From Desulfobacterales bacterium (GTDB lineage Bacteria; Desulfobacterota; Desulfobacteria; Desulfobacterales; JAFDCJ01): 32,520 nucleotides of DNA. Shown piece by piece: positions 1 to 9,012 of this stretch (the stretch's first letter is position 1; each line of letters begins with the position of its first letter). Both the position numbers and the translations under genes were made by a program. The DNA is taken from positions 1 to 32,520 of the forward strand of contig JAOZPY010000001.1 in the NCBI GenBank assembly GCA_029932495.1. The letters are read 5' to 3'. The notes under the pieces are model-generated. The model was not told the origin of the DNA and made no database searches. It saw only the letters and a list, made by a program, of their open reading frames with translations.

Positions 1-680
1 AGCATCGGCTCCATAATGATGGCCGCAATTTTATCCTTGTTATCCTTCAGGACCCGTTCGGCCGTGTTCAGATCGTTAAACGGTGCCAGAAAAATATCCT
101 TTTCGATGCAAACCGGCACCCCTTTGGTCGCCTTGGCTTGCGGGAGATCATCTGAGTTCAAATCCGGCATGGTGTTGACCTGCACAAAATCGTGGCTGCC
201 ATGGTAGCCGCCGTCGATTTTCAGAAAACCCTGTTTTCCGGTAAAAGCCCGGGCGGCCCGCATGCAGAACATGGTGGCCTCCGATCCGCTGTTGCCGAAA
301 CGGATGGATTCGATGGACGGCACCCGCTTGCAGATCAGTTCGGCAAGTTTGTACTGGGCTTCAACCGGGACGCCATGGGTGATGCCTTTGTCGGTTTGTT
401 GGCGAATGGCTTCCATTACATGAGGGTGGGCGTGGCCGTGGATGAGCGATGTCATGTTGTTGACAAAGTCAAGGTATTCATTGTTGTCGGCATCATAGAG
501 ACGGCAGCCCTTTCCCTCGACAGCGAAAAAAGGATAGGGCGTGTAAAAAGCGATTGATCGCGTATCACCGCCGGGCAGGTATTTTTGCATTTTTTTGGTG
601 AGTTCTTCGGATTTTCTGGTTCTTGCCAGGTAGCGCTGCCAGATGTCCTGTTTAATTTTTTCTACTTTCGAGCTTGACAT
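1..680 (-). CDS. Class III PLP aminotransferase (glutamate-1-semialdehyde aminomutase-like), 3' end truncated by window edge
   Basis: Manual translation from ATG at 680 (RBS AGAGGAG upstream): MSSSKVEK...YLPGGDTRS...GKGCRLYDADNNEYLDFVNNMTSLIHGHAHP...RFGNSGSEATM...GGYHGSHD...IAAIIMEPM; open to the window edge; absent from the ORF track because it has no stop here. Confidence 0.9.
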   Translation of the reverse strand, partial: MSSSKVEKIKQDIWQRYLARTRKSEELTKKMQKYLPGGDTRSIAFYTPYPFFAVEGKGCRLYDADNNEYLDFVNNMTSLIHGHAHPHVMEAIRQQTDKGITHGVPVEAQYKLAELICKRVPSIESIRFGNSGSEATMFCMRAARAFTGKQGFLKIDGGYHGSHDFVQVNTMPDLNSDDLPQAKATKGVPVCIEKDIFLAPFNDLNTAERVLKDNKDKIAAIIMEPM

Positions 681-695
681 GGTTTTCTCCTCTTT

Positions 696-1442
696 TTAGA
701 TCATAAATGCCCCTCCATTGACATCCAGCGTCACCCCCGTGACAAACGGTGAATCGATTAAGTATTCGAACGCCCGCGCGACATCACTGGCATTGCCGAG
801 ACGGGGCACGACAATCTTCTTTTTTAAAGTTTGTTTTTTATCCTCTGGCCAATCCAGAAATATTCCGGCATCTTCGATGAAGGCCGGGGCAATGGCATTG
901 ACCGTTATGCCGTGCGGTCCCAGCTCTCTGGCTGCATAACGGGTCATGCCCACCATCCCCGCTTTGGAAGCTGCATAGTGGGGACCGACAACCCCCCCGC
1001 CACGGGCGGCAATGGATGCAATGTTTACAATGCAGCCGAATTGCATGGCCTTCATATCCGGCACCACCTGGCGGCTCCAGTAAAATGCGCCGCTCAAATT
1101 GATGCGAATGGTTTCACTCCAGTCTTCAATTGTAATTTCATCGAAAGATCTTGTGGGCATGATCCCGGCGTTGTTGACGAGGACATTGACCGGCCCCAGT
1201 TGCTCGTGAACCGCCCGGTAGTGCCCGGCGACGCTTTTTGCATCACCGGCATCTCCCTTGAGTAAGAGAATGGATTGATCGGCCTTTGCAATACCAGTCA
1301 AATACACTTTGGCTTTTTGCGCTGCCCGGGCGTTGCTTTTATAGGTCAGGGCCACGGATGCCCCCCTTTTTATCAGTGCCTCGGCGATGGCAAAACCAAT
1401 TCCCCGGGTGCCTCCGGTCACAACCGCAGTCAATTTTTTCAT
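696..1442 (-). CDS. SDR family NAD(P)-dependent oxidoreductase (FabG-like)
   Basis: TGGTRGIG, NNAG and YAASK motifs; start moved to MKKLTAVV (1442). Confidence 0.9.
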   Translation of the reverse strand: MKKLTAVVTGGTRGIGFAIAEALIKRGASVALTYKSNARAAQKAKVYLTGIAKADQSILLLKGDAGDAKSVAGHYRAVHEQLGPVNVLVNNAGIMPTRSFDEITIEDWSETIRINLSGAFYWSRQVVPDMKAMQFGCIVNIASIAARGGGVVGPHYAASKAGMVGMTRYAARELGPHGITVNAIAPAFIEDAGIFLDWPEDKKQTLKKKIVVPRLGNASDVARAFEYLIDSPFVTGVTLDVNGGAFMI

Positions 1443-1537
1443 ATCAATTTTCCCGCCGTTAATATTTTTTAACACACTGGTTTTTATGTATAAACCAACA
1501 GTTGCATGGCAATTGGACATGCAACAAGTAAATCAGT

Positions 1538-1578
1538 TGATATGACAATCTTATTATCAAATGATATGTGCATGTCAA
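1538..1578 (-). promoter_or_regulatory. Sigma70-like -35 (TTGACA, 1578-1573) with an operator-like imperfect palindrome over the -10 region, upstream of the SDR/aminotransferase genes
   Basis: TGATATGACAATCTTATTATCAAAT (1538-1562) is 22/25 identical to the reverse complement of 6523-6547. Confidence 0.6.
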
Positions 1579-1579
1579 G

Positions 1580-1623
1580 AAAAAAATACCTTTCCCGGCT
1601 AGCCTTTCCGGCGGGAGGAAAAA
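1580..1623 (-). terminator. Possible intrinsic terminator of the CoA-ligase operon
   Basis: Minus-strand imperfect GC hairpin (TCCCG...CGGGA) followed by a T7 run, about 90 nt after the amidohydrolase stop. Confidence 0.3.
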
Positions 1624-1709
1624 TTTGTCAGCGATTTATTGGTCTTGTTGTTATTGTAAGACTATAAGCAACTTCAAAGGCATCGTGCTTCAAGTTGATA
1701 ACAAAGGCG

Positions 1710-2573
1710 TCAGTCATTTTGAATCCCCAGCAGTTTGGCGGCATTCAATCCGAGCCATTTTTTTTTCACGGTTTGCTTCAAAGGCAGGGCCTTGAGTTCT
1801 TCAACGCATCTTTGGTGAGGCAGCATGTTATCGGTGGCAAAAAGAACGCGGTCCTGAAGCAGGGAATTACCATACACCATGAGGGGATCCCATCCAGTCC
1901 CAGGCGTGCCGATGTATTTAGGGGCCACCGCCCCGATCTCGATATAGACATTGGGGTGTTTCCAGGCCACTGCGACCATTTCGGTCACCCAGGGCCATCC
2001 CCCATGGTTGGCGACGATGACCAGTTCGGGAAAATCGCATGCAACTTCATCAAGATAGAGGGGCCGGCCGTAATCAATGGTTCTGTTGACTGTAAAATTA
2101 ACAGAACAATGAATGGTAACCGGTATATCTAAATCCAGACATTTCTGGTAAACAGGATAAAAGCGTTTGTCATTGCATTTTACCCGGTAAGCCCAGGGTT
2201 GGATGTTGACCCCCTTAAATCCTCTTTGCTTGACTTCTTTTTCAACCATTTCGGCCATATCATCGTCTTCAAGGGGATTGACGCATAAATAACCGGCCGC
2301 AAATCTGTCCGGGTGCGCTTGAACGATATCGTAAACAGCATCATTTAGTTTGCGATAATCGCCGATGGCCCATTCTGCCTGCATGACCGCTTTTTCGACG
2401 CCTCCTTTTTGCATACCGGCGATGAGGTGGTCGACGGTCAGTTGGGTGAGCATTTCGACCTCTTCATATTTTCCCATATATCCGCGCAAATAGCTGTTTG
2501 GAAGGGTTTGCATGGCTTGTTCCGGGTCCATATACATACTGATGGGGGGGACCATCCGAAAATCGATGATCAT
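1710..2573 (-). CDS. Amidohydrolase family 2 (TIM-barrel metal-dependent hydrolase/decarboxylase)
   Basis: Start MIIDFRMVPP at 2573, immediately after the hydratase stop; YPVYQKCLDLDIPVTIH, NHGGWPW and RVLFATD motifs. Confidence 0.88.
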   Translation of the reverse strand: MIIDFRMVPPISMYMDPEQAMQTLPNSYLRGYMGKYEEVEMLTQLTVDHLIAGMQKGGVEKAVMQAEWAIGDYRKLNDAVYDIVQAHPDRFAAGYLCVNPLEDDDMAEMVEKEVKQRGFKGVNIQPWAYRVKCNDKRFYPVYQKCLDLDIPVTIHCSVNFTVNRTIDYGRPLYLDEVACDFPELVIVANHGGWPWVTEMVAVAWKHPNVYIEIGAVAPKYIGTPGTGWDPLMVYGNSLLQDRVLFATDNMLPHQRCVEELKALPLKQTVKKKWLGLNAAKLLGIQND

Positions 2574-2574
2574 T

Positions 2575-3363
2575 TTATTTCTCCTTGCCTGTTGGCTTTT
2601 TTGTTGCGGCCAGAACAGTTTTGGCCCGATGGGCCGCTTCGAGGCTTTGAAAAACAAGGGCGATATCCCGGGTTTCCTGGGCCAGGGTTTCTTCCAGGCC
2701 GAGGTAGACTCCCTGGTTGAGCGCCTTTTTGGATAACGCGATGGACAATGCTGAATTTTGCGCGATTTTCTTGGCCATTTCGAGAACGACCTGTTCCAGG
2801 TCCTCAGCCGCAACCACGCGGTTGATCAGTCCCCACTGTTCCGCCTGGGCGGCATCGATAAACTCGGTGGTAAAAACCATCTCTTTGGCACGGGCCAACC
2901 CAACCGCCAGCGGCAGCAGTTTGGTGCCGGCATTGGTCACGGTAGCCCCTACCCGTGCTTCGGGAAACCCGAATTTGGTTCCTTCGGCCGCAATTCGGAT
3001 GTCACAGTTCATGGCCCATTCGCACCCGGCACCCAGGGCGTAGCCGTGAATTGCAGCGATGACCGGTTTGGGCATTCCCATGATCGCCCGGGTGGTATCC
3101 TGCAATGTTTCGATAATCCGAAATCCATCCTCCATAGAATCAATGGAGTGCGCCTCTGACAGGTCATCCCCGGAGCAAAATGCCCGGCCTTCGCCCTTTA
3201 CAATGACGACTCTGATTTCTGGATCTGCTTCGGCGGTTTTCAATGCGGCCAAAAAATCCAGCACAAGCTGCCTGTTTTGCGCGTTCAGCACTTTTGGCCG
3301 GTTGAAACTGATGATGGCCATGTTTTTTTCTTTTTTATAAATAACGGTTTCAAACTGCATCAT
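2575..3363 (-). CDS. Enoyl-CoA hydratase/isomerase (crotonase family)
   Basis: NRPKVLNA, AFCSGDDL, GYALGAGCE and FGFPE motifs with both catalytic Glu; RBS AAAGGAG; start 3363 or 3360. Confidence 0.92.
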   Translation of the reverse strand: MMQFETVIYKKEKNMAIISFNRPKVLNAQNRQLVLDFLAALKTAEADPEIRVVIVKGEGRAFCSGDDLSEAHSIDSMEDGFRIIETLQDTTRAIMGMPKPVIAAIHGYALGAGCEWAMNCDIRIAAEGTKFGFPEARVGATVTNAGTKLLPLAVGLARAKEMVFTTEFIDAAQAEQWGLINRVVAAEDLEQVVLEMAKKIAQNSALSIALSKKALNQGVYLGLEETLAQETRDIALVFQSLEAAHRAKTVLAATKKPTGKEK

Positions 3364-3380
3364 ATGAGCTCCTTTTTGGA

Positions 3381-4964
3381 TCAGTGCCATTTTTTATCCA
3401 CGGCATCGTAGCTGCCGAGTCTCAGGTCCTTTTTGGCCGCCATAAGTTTGTGCTTTTCAATCCGCTCTGACGGTGTTCTGGGCAGGTCGTCGATATATTC
3501 GATGTAGCGGGGCACTTTGAAATAGGCCAATTTTTGCCTGGCGAACTCGACGATGCTTTCGGGATCAAGCGTGACCTGAGTCTGCCCTTCCTGCAGTACA
3601 ATATAGGCCTTTACCTCTTCTCCCCGGAGTTCATCCGGAACAGGCACCACAGCCGCCAGCTTGACTTTTGGGTGTTCCATTAAAACACCCTCCACTTCTA
3701 CCGAAGAAATATTTTCGCCGCTGCGGCGGATCATATCCTTAAGGCGTCCCGTCCAGTGAAAATAGCCCTTTTCATCCTTGTAAACCAGATCCCCGGTATG
3801 CGCCCATCCGTTTTTGAAGAATTTTTGGGTGGCGTCAGGTTTTTTCCAATAACCCAGCATCATGGGCTCGCCTCTGAGGACGAGTTCGCCGATTTCACCA
3901 TCGGGCAACTCTTCTCCTTTGTTGTTTACTACCCGGGCATCTTTTGTGGGGATAGGGGCTCCCATGGCACCGCTGCCAACGCTTGCGGTATCTTCCACGG
4001 GAACCACCAGGTCCACGCCTGTTTCGGTCATTCCAAAAGCCTCTCGCCAGGGAACGTTCCAACGCTTTTCGAACATTTCATGATATTGGGGCAGAATGCC
4101 GGAGCAATACACAAACTTGAGATTGTGGTTTTGTTCAAGCTCTGGATTTTCTTCCAATTTCAGGAGATAAAACGGCATAGTGCCCAGCACATAAAAAAAA
4201 GTGACCTTGTTATCCCTCACCGTTTGCCAGAATTTGGATGGCGAAAATCTGTGCATGATAACCAGGGGCATCCCTTTTATCAGGCAAAGGAGGGTATTCC
4301 ACTGGGGATCCATGTAGTAAAAGGGTTGAGCTGTTAGATTGATATCCTCAGAAGTTGTTTGGAAAAAGTTCGAAATGACATCCCCCATCAGCAGCCAGTA
4401 CCGATGGGTGAGCATACACCCCTTGGGAAAACCGGTGGTCCCTGACGTGTATTGGATGTTGACCATATCATTGGCTGTTACGTCTGCGATTTTGAATTTA
4501 TCCGCAGCCTGATCAGTGATTGATTGATAATGGGGGTAGCCTGAAGATGCTTCGCCTGCAACAATGATATACTCAAGACCTGGAACCTGCGGTCTCACTT
4601 TTTCAAGCAAGGGGACATATTCGTCGTGTATGACGATAGCCGATGCCTCGGAATCGGTCAGGATATAGACAAGATCGTGCTCCTGGTAGTTGATATTTGT
4701 GGGGACCATAATGGCACCGAGCTTGGCGATGGCCAGCCAGGCAATCGGAAATTCAAAGCCATTGGGCAACATCACACTGATTTTATTGTCTTTCGTGATT
4801 CCCATGTCCTTTAAGGCATTGGCCATCTGATCGACCCGGCGATTGACTTCCTGAAACGACAATTTTTGATCTTCATAAATCAAGAAAATTTTGTCTTTGT
4901 ATTTGCTGGCGGCATCTTCCAAAAGGTGTCCAATGGTTGGCCATTTTATATCCCGTTTTTGCAT
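3381..4964 (-). CDS. AMP-forming acyl-CoA ligase (CaiC/crotonobetaine-CoA ligase-like)
   Basis: YTSGTTGFPKG, FGMTE, HTGD and RRSGENIS motifs. Confidence 0.93.
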   Translation of the reverse strand: MQKRDIKWPTIGHLLEDAASKYKDKIFLIYEDQKLSFQEVNRRVDQMANALKDMGITKDNKISVMLPNGFEFPIAWLAIAKLGAIMVPTNINYQEHDLVYILTDSEASAIVIHDEYVPLLEKVRPQVPGLEYIIVAGEASSGYPHYQSITDQAADKFKIADVTANDMVNIQYTSGTTGFPKGCMLTHRYWLLMGDVISNFFQTTSEDINLTAQPFYYMDPQWNTLLCLIKGMPLVIMHRFSPSKFWQTVRDNKVTFFYVLGTMPFYLLKLEENPELEQNHNLKFVYCSGILPQYHEMFEKRWNVPWREAFGMTETGVDLVVPVEDTASVGSGAMGAPIPTKDARVVNNKGEELPDGEIGELVLRGEPMMLGYWKKPDATQKFFKNGWAHTGDLVYKDEKGYFHWTGRLKDMIRRSGENISSVEVEGVLMEHPKVKLAAVVPVPDELRGEEVKAYIVLQEGQTQVTLDPESIVEFARQKLAYFKVPRYIEYIDDLPRTPSERIEKHKLMAAKKDLRLGSYDAVDKKWH

Positions 4965-4978
4965 TATACCCTCCGGTT

Positions 4979-5623
4979 TTAAAATTCTGAATCCCCTTTC
5001 GTGTAACTTTCGATTATTTCTTCAAGCATCTGGATAGAGGATTCAAAATCAAATAATTCCCGGGAAGCAATCCATTGAATCGCCAGCCCGTCAATCGCCC
5101 CCTGGATAATGGGAGCAATAATTTCGGTCCGAAACTTTCTGAACTCACCATTTTGCTGGCCGGCTTGAAGGATGCTGGAAAGGTATTTGAAACAGCGTTC
5201 ATTGGTTTGCCTGGACCAGGGTGTAACACTTGTCTCAGCCGAGTTGAATTCGATGCCCAATCTGAAAAGGGCGATAAATTTATTGAAGTTCTGGGTTAGA
5301 AACTCAAAATTGGCTTGCAGATAAGTCCTGAGTTTATCCCGGGCGGTTTTCCGGGATTCCACCCGTGTTTTTCTGTATTCAAATAATTCATCAATTAGCG
5401 CCGACCAGATATTGGCTAGCAGTTCCTCGGTGGTGTTGAAGTGATAATAGATGACGCCCTTGCTGATACTGGCCTTGTCAGCAATTTTCTGAACAGTCGT
5501 ATTCTGATACCCCTGGGTTTCAATTTCATGAAGAGCCACTTCAAGGATCTGTTTTCGGCGGGCTTCCTCTATGAAGGTGCCCTTGAGTTTTTTATTAGCA
5601 GTGGAAATTGACCTTTTGTTCAT
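4979..5623 (-). CDS. TetR/AcrR family transcriptional regulator
   Basis: N-terminal HTH RRKQILEVA...TTVQKIADKASISKGVIYYHF. Confidence 0.93.
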   Translation of the reverse strand: MNKRSISTANKKLKGTFIEEARRKQILEVALHEIETQGYQNTTVQKIADKASISKGVIYYHFNTTEELLANIWSALIDELFEYRKTRVESRKTARDKLRTYLQANFEFLTQNFNKFIALFRLGIEFNSAETSVTPWSRQTNERCFKYLSSILQAGQQNGEFRKFRTEIIAPIIQGAIDGLAIQWIASRELFDFESSIQMLEEIIESYTKGDSEF

Positions 5624-5634
5624 AAATAGACTCC

Positions 5635-5689
5635 TGATTAATAATTTGACTATTAATCAAAATTTATACGTAGATTAAAATGCTGTCAA
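5635..5689 (-). promoter_or_regulatory. Sigma70 promoter of the TetR operon with an inverted-repeat operator just downstream
   Basis: Minus-strand TTGACA (5689-5684)-17 nt-TAAATT (5666-5661); inverted repeat TGATTAATA-N7-TATTAATCA (5635-5659) overlapping TTTGACTATTAATCAAA (5645-5661). Confidence 0.6.
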
Positions 5690-5796
5690 GTACAATATAG
5701 CTGGTTAGGTTTATTTTACGAGGAAAGCGTTTAACCGTCAGACATTTCAATAAAAGCCGTGAAGCCGAATGCTGAAAATTACGGGTTGGGATTAGG

Positions 5797-6501
5797 CTAT
5801 TTTATTTTGTAATAATTTTTAAGTGCCTTTTCGATGTCCTGAATATGATTTTTCATATCCTTTGCCGCTTTAGGCGCATTTTTTTTCTGGATATCCTCGT
5901 AAATGCGGATATGAAACTCCAGGGACCGCTCGAGAAGTCCCGGTATAACGGTAAAGGTTTCCCGGATAAACTGCTCCATCAAACCGCGAATGGTCACAAA
6001 CATATGGAGCATGTAACGATTGTGAGAGGCGTTGGCAACCTGATGGTGAAATTTCATGTCAAGCTCTGAATAATCCTTTGGCCTGTCCTGCTTCAGTGCG
6101 GTTGTCATTTCGTCAATAAGTTTTCCCATTTTCTGGACATCCTGCTTCGTGGCATTTTTCACCGCCAGCTCTGCAACCCCCACCTCGATAAAACGTCGCG
6201 CTTCGATCAGTTCCAGGGTAGCCCCGGAGTCTGACACCAGAGGTGGGGAAAGATGTTCCGCCCATAAGTCGGGGTTTGCGGATTTGATCACCGTGCCCAA
6301 TCCGGGTCGTTGTTCGATCGCCCCGATGAGCGTCAAAGTATGCAGGGCCTCACGCAAAGATGGACGGCTAACCCCCAGTTGGGCGGCAAATTCGAGCTGA
6401 TTGGGAAGCTTGTCGCCCTTTTTCAATTCACCACTGTTGATCATGCGTTTGATTTCTTCTATAACGGAATCCGCCAGTTTTTTGCGTTTAATTGTTGCCA
6501 T
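5797..6501 (-). CDS. GntR family (FadR subfamily, FCD domain) transcriptional regulator
   Basis: GDKLPNQLEFAAQLGVSRPSLREAL HTH; DMKFH...ASHN...H FCD motifs. Confidence 0.94.
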   Translation of the reverse strand: MATIKRKKLADSVIEEIKRMINSGELKKGDKLPNQLEFAAQLGVSRPSLREALHTLTLIGAIEQRPGLGTVIKSANPDLWAEHLSPPLVSDSGATLELIEARRFIEVGVAELAVKNATKQDVQKMGKLIDEMTTALKQDRPKDYSELDMKFHHQVANASHNRYMLHMFVTIRGLMEQFIRETFTVIPGLLERSLEFHIRIYEDIQKKNAPKAAKDMKNHIQDIEKALKNYYKIK

Positions 6502-6522
6502 AAAACATTTACCCCTTATTAA

Positions 6523-6568
6523 ATATGATGATAAGATTGTCGTATCATTAAGGCGAAAAATATGTCAA
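6523..6568 (-). promoter_or_regulatory. Promoter and probable autoregulatory operator of the FadR-type gene
   Basis: Minus-strand TTGACA at 6568-6563; palindrome TGATAaGA-ttg-TCgTATCA at 6529-6547 over the -10 region. Confidence 0.6.
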
Positions 6569-6641
6569 GCTGTATTGCCAAGAAAATAAAAGCGTGGCAT
6601 AGTACCTGGGCATTAAAGAATCCTATAGGAGGCGTTGGAGC

Positions 6642-7139
6642 ATGGAACTGAAGATGACGGCTGAACAGGCACGGCAACGCGCCCTGGAACTTATGTACCG
6701 GGGGTATCACTGAGGGCCTTCCATCCTGCAAGTTATGTGGGAGGCCTATGGACTGGAAAATGAAGATTTTTTATGGACCGGGATTCCTTTTTTAGGGGGT
6801 ATCGGCGGCTATCAGGACGCTCCCTGCGGGGTGGTATCGGCCTCGGCCATCTGCCTGGGACTGCGGCACCGCTGCCCGCTGAGCGATAAAGCGCAGGCCA
6901 AGCAGGCTCGGCATGCCGTCCGCATGTTCTCGGCGCAGATTGTCACCGAGTTTAAACAGAAATTTGGTGATATCAACTGCCAGGCACTCATCGGTATGGA
7001 TTTTTCCAAACCCGGTGAATACCAGAAGTTTCTCGAATCGGGCATCTGGAAGGACAAGTGCGAAAAATACGTCGAGTTTATGATTGAAAAACTTTACGGG
7101 CTCGAAGAAGACCAGGGGCTGTTCGTGCAGGCACCGTAA
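6642..7139 (+). CDS. C_GCAxxG_C_C family redox protein, probable selenoprotein (UGA=Sec at codon 24)
   Basis: ATG at 6642 after AGGAGG/GGAG; MELKMTAEQARQRALELMYRGYH-TGA(6711-6713)-GPSILQV is in frame with the 6735 ORF (GG...APCGVVS, FGDINC, C-terminal C). Confidence 0.85.
6711..6747 (+). promoter_or_regulatory. Putative bacterial SECIS element
   Basis: Directly after UGA: GGCC (6715-6718) pairs with GGCC (6743-6746); upper stem TCCTGCA/TGTGGGA with apical loop AGTTA (6731-6735) starting 17 nt after the UGA. Confidence 0.7.
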
Positions 7140-7149
7140 AATCGCTTTG

Positions 7150-8718
7150 TCAGGGTGCCCTCCAGGTGTCAATGGGATCCAGCGGATAGATGGGCCGGGG
7201 GATGCGGGTGTACTTCAGCGCGAAGACATCCACGTTGGTGACCCCGGGCGTCATTACATTCACTGTTTTGCGGTTGTAGAGCAGGTAGCGGTAGCGAAAC
7301 GGAAACAGGTTTTTTACCACCACGATGTCCGCTTTCCAGAGGCTCAGGCCCAGGTTCTTGAAATAGCCGGGACTGTAAAGAGAATCCGCCAGTTCACTTA
7401 AAATCAAATGGATGCCCTGGTGTTTCAAAATCACGGTTTTCCCCTGGGGCGCGATGCCTTTGTAAATGAGCTGACCGGTGTATACCAGGGGTCGGTTGTA
7501 GACATGATCCAGTTTGCCGCCGACAGTCAGCGTCAACTGTTCACCCAATTGATGGTTAAATGCCAGCATTGCCGCCCGGGCGTCGCGGATGGTCAAATAA
7601 GAGGTTAAATCCGGCGCTTGTTCCAGCAGGGCTTTTAATATCCAGGTGCTTTCCCCCGGGGCGCCGGCACCTACGGCGTCTGAAACATCGCAGAAAACCA
7701 CCGTGCCGAATTTGCGGCGCAGCCACTTGCTTCTGGCAATCGCGATGGCTTCTGCCGGACTGTGACCCGCGGGATGCTTGGCAGCGCGCACCGCCCAGTC
7801 ACGTTTGGCCAGTTCATCGGCCAGTTTTTGCGCCAGCCGGGGGCCATTGTCCGTTACGGCCACCGTGCTCCAGCCCAGCTCCGGATCATCCAGCCAGATG
7901 TGGACCATGAAATTGGACAGCCAGAGGACGTTGTCGGCTTTTTCCTGTTTTTTCATCCACCTGAAAATCGGCCGCATGGGAGACAAAAAATCAATGTTCA
8001 TCCCGCCGCCCTTTAAAAGCCGCATTTTGTTGTAGGCCATGACCGGTTTGATTTTTCCCTGGAGGGTTTTGATCAGAATTTCACCGGCCTTGCAGCCGAC
8101 ATCGAAAAAATCCCGGTGGGGATTGGTGTGGTAGCCGACGAGAAACGTCATTAGTTTCATTCGCTTGCGAGTCAGGTTGGCATGCAGGTCGTGGGTCACC
8201 CCGATGGGAATTTGATCTCCGGTGACGGCTCTGACCGCACTTAAAAGGTCACCCTCAGGGTCACGCATGCCTTCCACCCCCATGGCGCCGTGCAGGGAAA
8301 GATAAACCCCGTCCACCTTGCCGGCACTTTTCAGGCCGGCGACGATCGTTTTTTTAAATTCCTCGTAAACTTCTCGTTTTACAGGACCGCCGGACATGGA
8401 CCGGGCTTTGAGGATCGGTACCACCCGGATCTGCTGCCGGCCGAACTTATCGACGGCTTTCAGAAATCCAGCGATCTGCCCCTTTTTTTCTTTTGTTCGG
8501 CAATAGGCAATAATATCATTGCCGGAAATCAGCCCCGCAGCTTCAAAATCCCTGCGAGTGGTCAAAACCGGTGAAAATGAGTTGGTCTCCTGCATCAGCT
8601 CGGCCACGGCAATGGTTTTTTTTGCGGGTGCCGGCTGGGACGCCTGGCAGTAAATTGCAGTTGTTATCATGATGGCCAAAATCAATGCCGCCTGGAAAAG
8701 AGCAGGTATGCGTTTCAT
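7150..8718 (-). CDS. M81 family (MlrC-like) metallopeptidase/amidohydrolase with predicted signal peptide
   Basis: QETNSFSP, LSLHGAM, DPEGDLL, HDLHAN, TNPH and C-terminal IPRPIYPLD motifs; N-terminus MKRIPALFQAALILAIMITTAIYCQA; GAGG RBS before ATG 8718. Confidence 0.88.
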   Translation of the reverse strand: MKRIPALFQAALILAIMITTAIYCQASQPAPAKKTIAVAELMQETNSFSPVLTTRRDFEAAGLISGNDIIAYCRTKEKKGQIAGFLKAVDKFGRQQIRVVPILKARSMSGGPVKREVYEEFKKTIVAGLKSAGKVDGVYLSLHGAMGVEGMRDPEGDLLSAVRAVTGDQIPIGVTHDLHANLTRKRMKLMTFLVGYHTNPHRDFFDVGCKAGEILIKTLQGKIKPVMAYNKMRLLKGGGMNIDFLSPMRPIFRWMKKQEKADNVLWLSNFMVHIWLDDPELGWSTVAVTDNGPRLAQKLADELAKRDWAVRAAKHPAGHSPAEAIAIARSKWLRRKFGTVVFCDVSDAVGAGAPGESTWILKALLEQAPDLTSYLTIRDARAAMLAFNHQLGEQLTLTVGGKLDHVYNRPLVYTGQLIYKGIAPQGKTVILKHQGIHLILSELADSLYSPGYFKNLGLSLWKADIVVVKNLFPFRYRYLLYNRKTVNVMTPGVTNVDVFALKYTRIPRPIYPLDPIDTWRAP

Positions 8719-9012
8719 GAGAGCCTCATTTCTCACAGGGTATGGTCCGGCAATTCAGCCAATCTAAATGTTGCAAAAGTCGGAGGGTAAACAACATGGC
8801 ATAAAAAGAAACTATCCTTTGAATTCACCCACTGGGATATCCTCAAGATGGTGCCCTTCGGATGATATATGTTATTCCAGCTGACCGTTAGATATTGTTT
8901 GCCATGTTGTTTATGCAACGTTGAGGTTAACGAAATGCAATCAGATTGTCAATGGGAGGGGGGCGTGGTTGATGGAGTTGCTCTGTTTGTGTTATGCAGG
9001 GATCAGAAAAAG

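Noticed and set aside
1-680. Calling the aminotransferase hemL
   Set aside because: It is GSA-aminomutase-like but divergent (PGGDTRS), truncated, and in a catabolic context with no hem genes
1501-1525. Inverted repeat GTTGCATG-N9-CATGCAAC upstream of the SDR
   Set aside because: Real but single-copy, with no U-tract and no assignable role
6711-6713. TGA as a nonsense mutation (pseudogene)
   Set aside because: It falls at the family's Cys position and is followed by a SECIS-like hairpin, so Sec is the simpler reading
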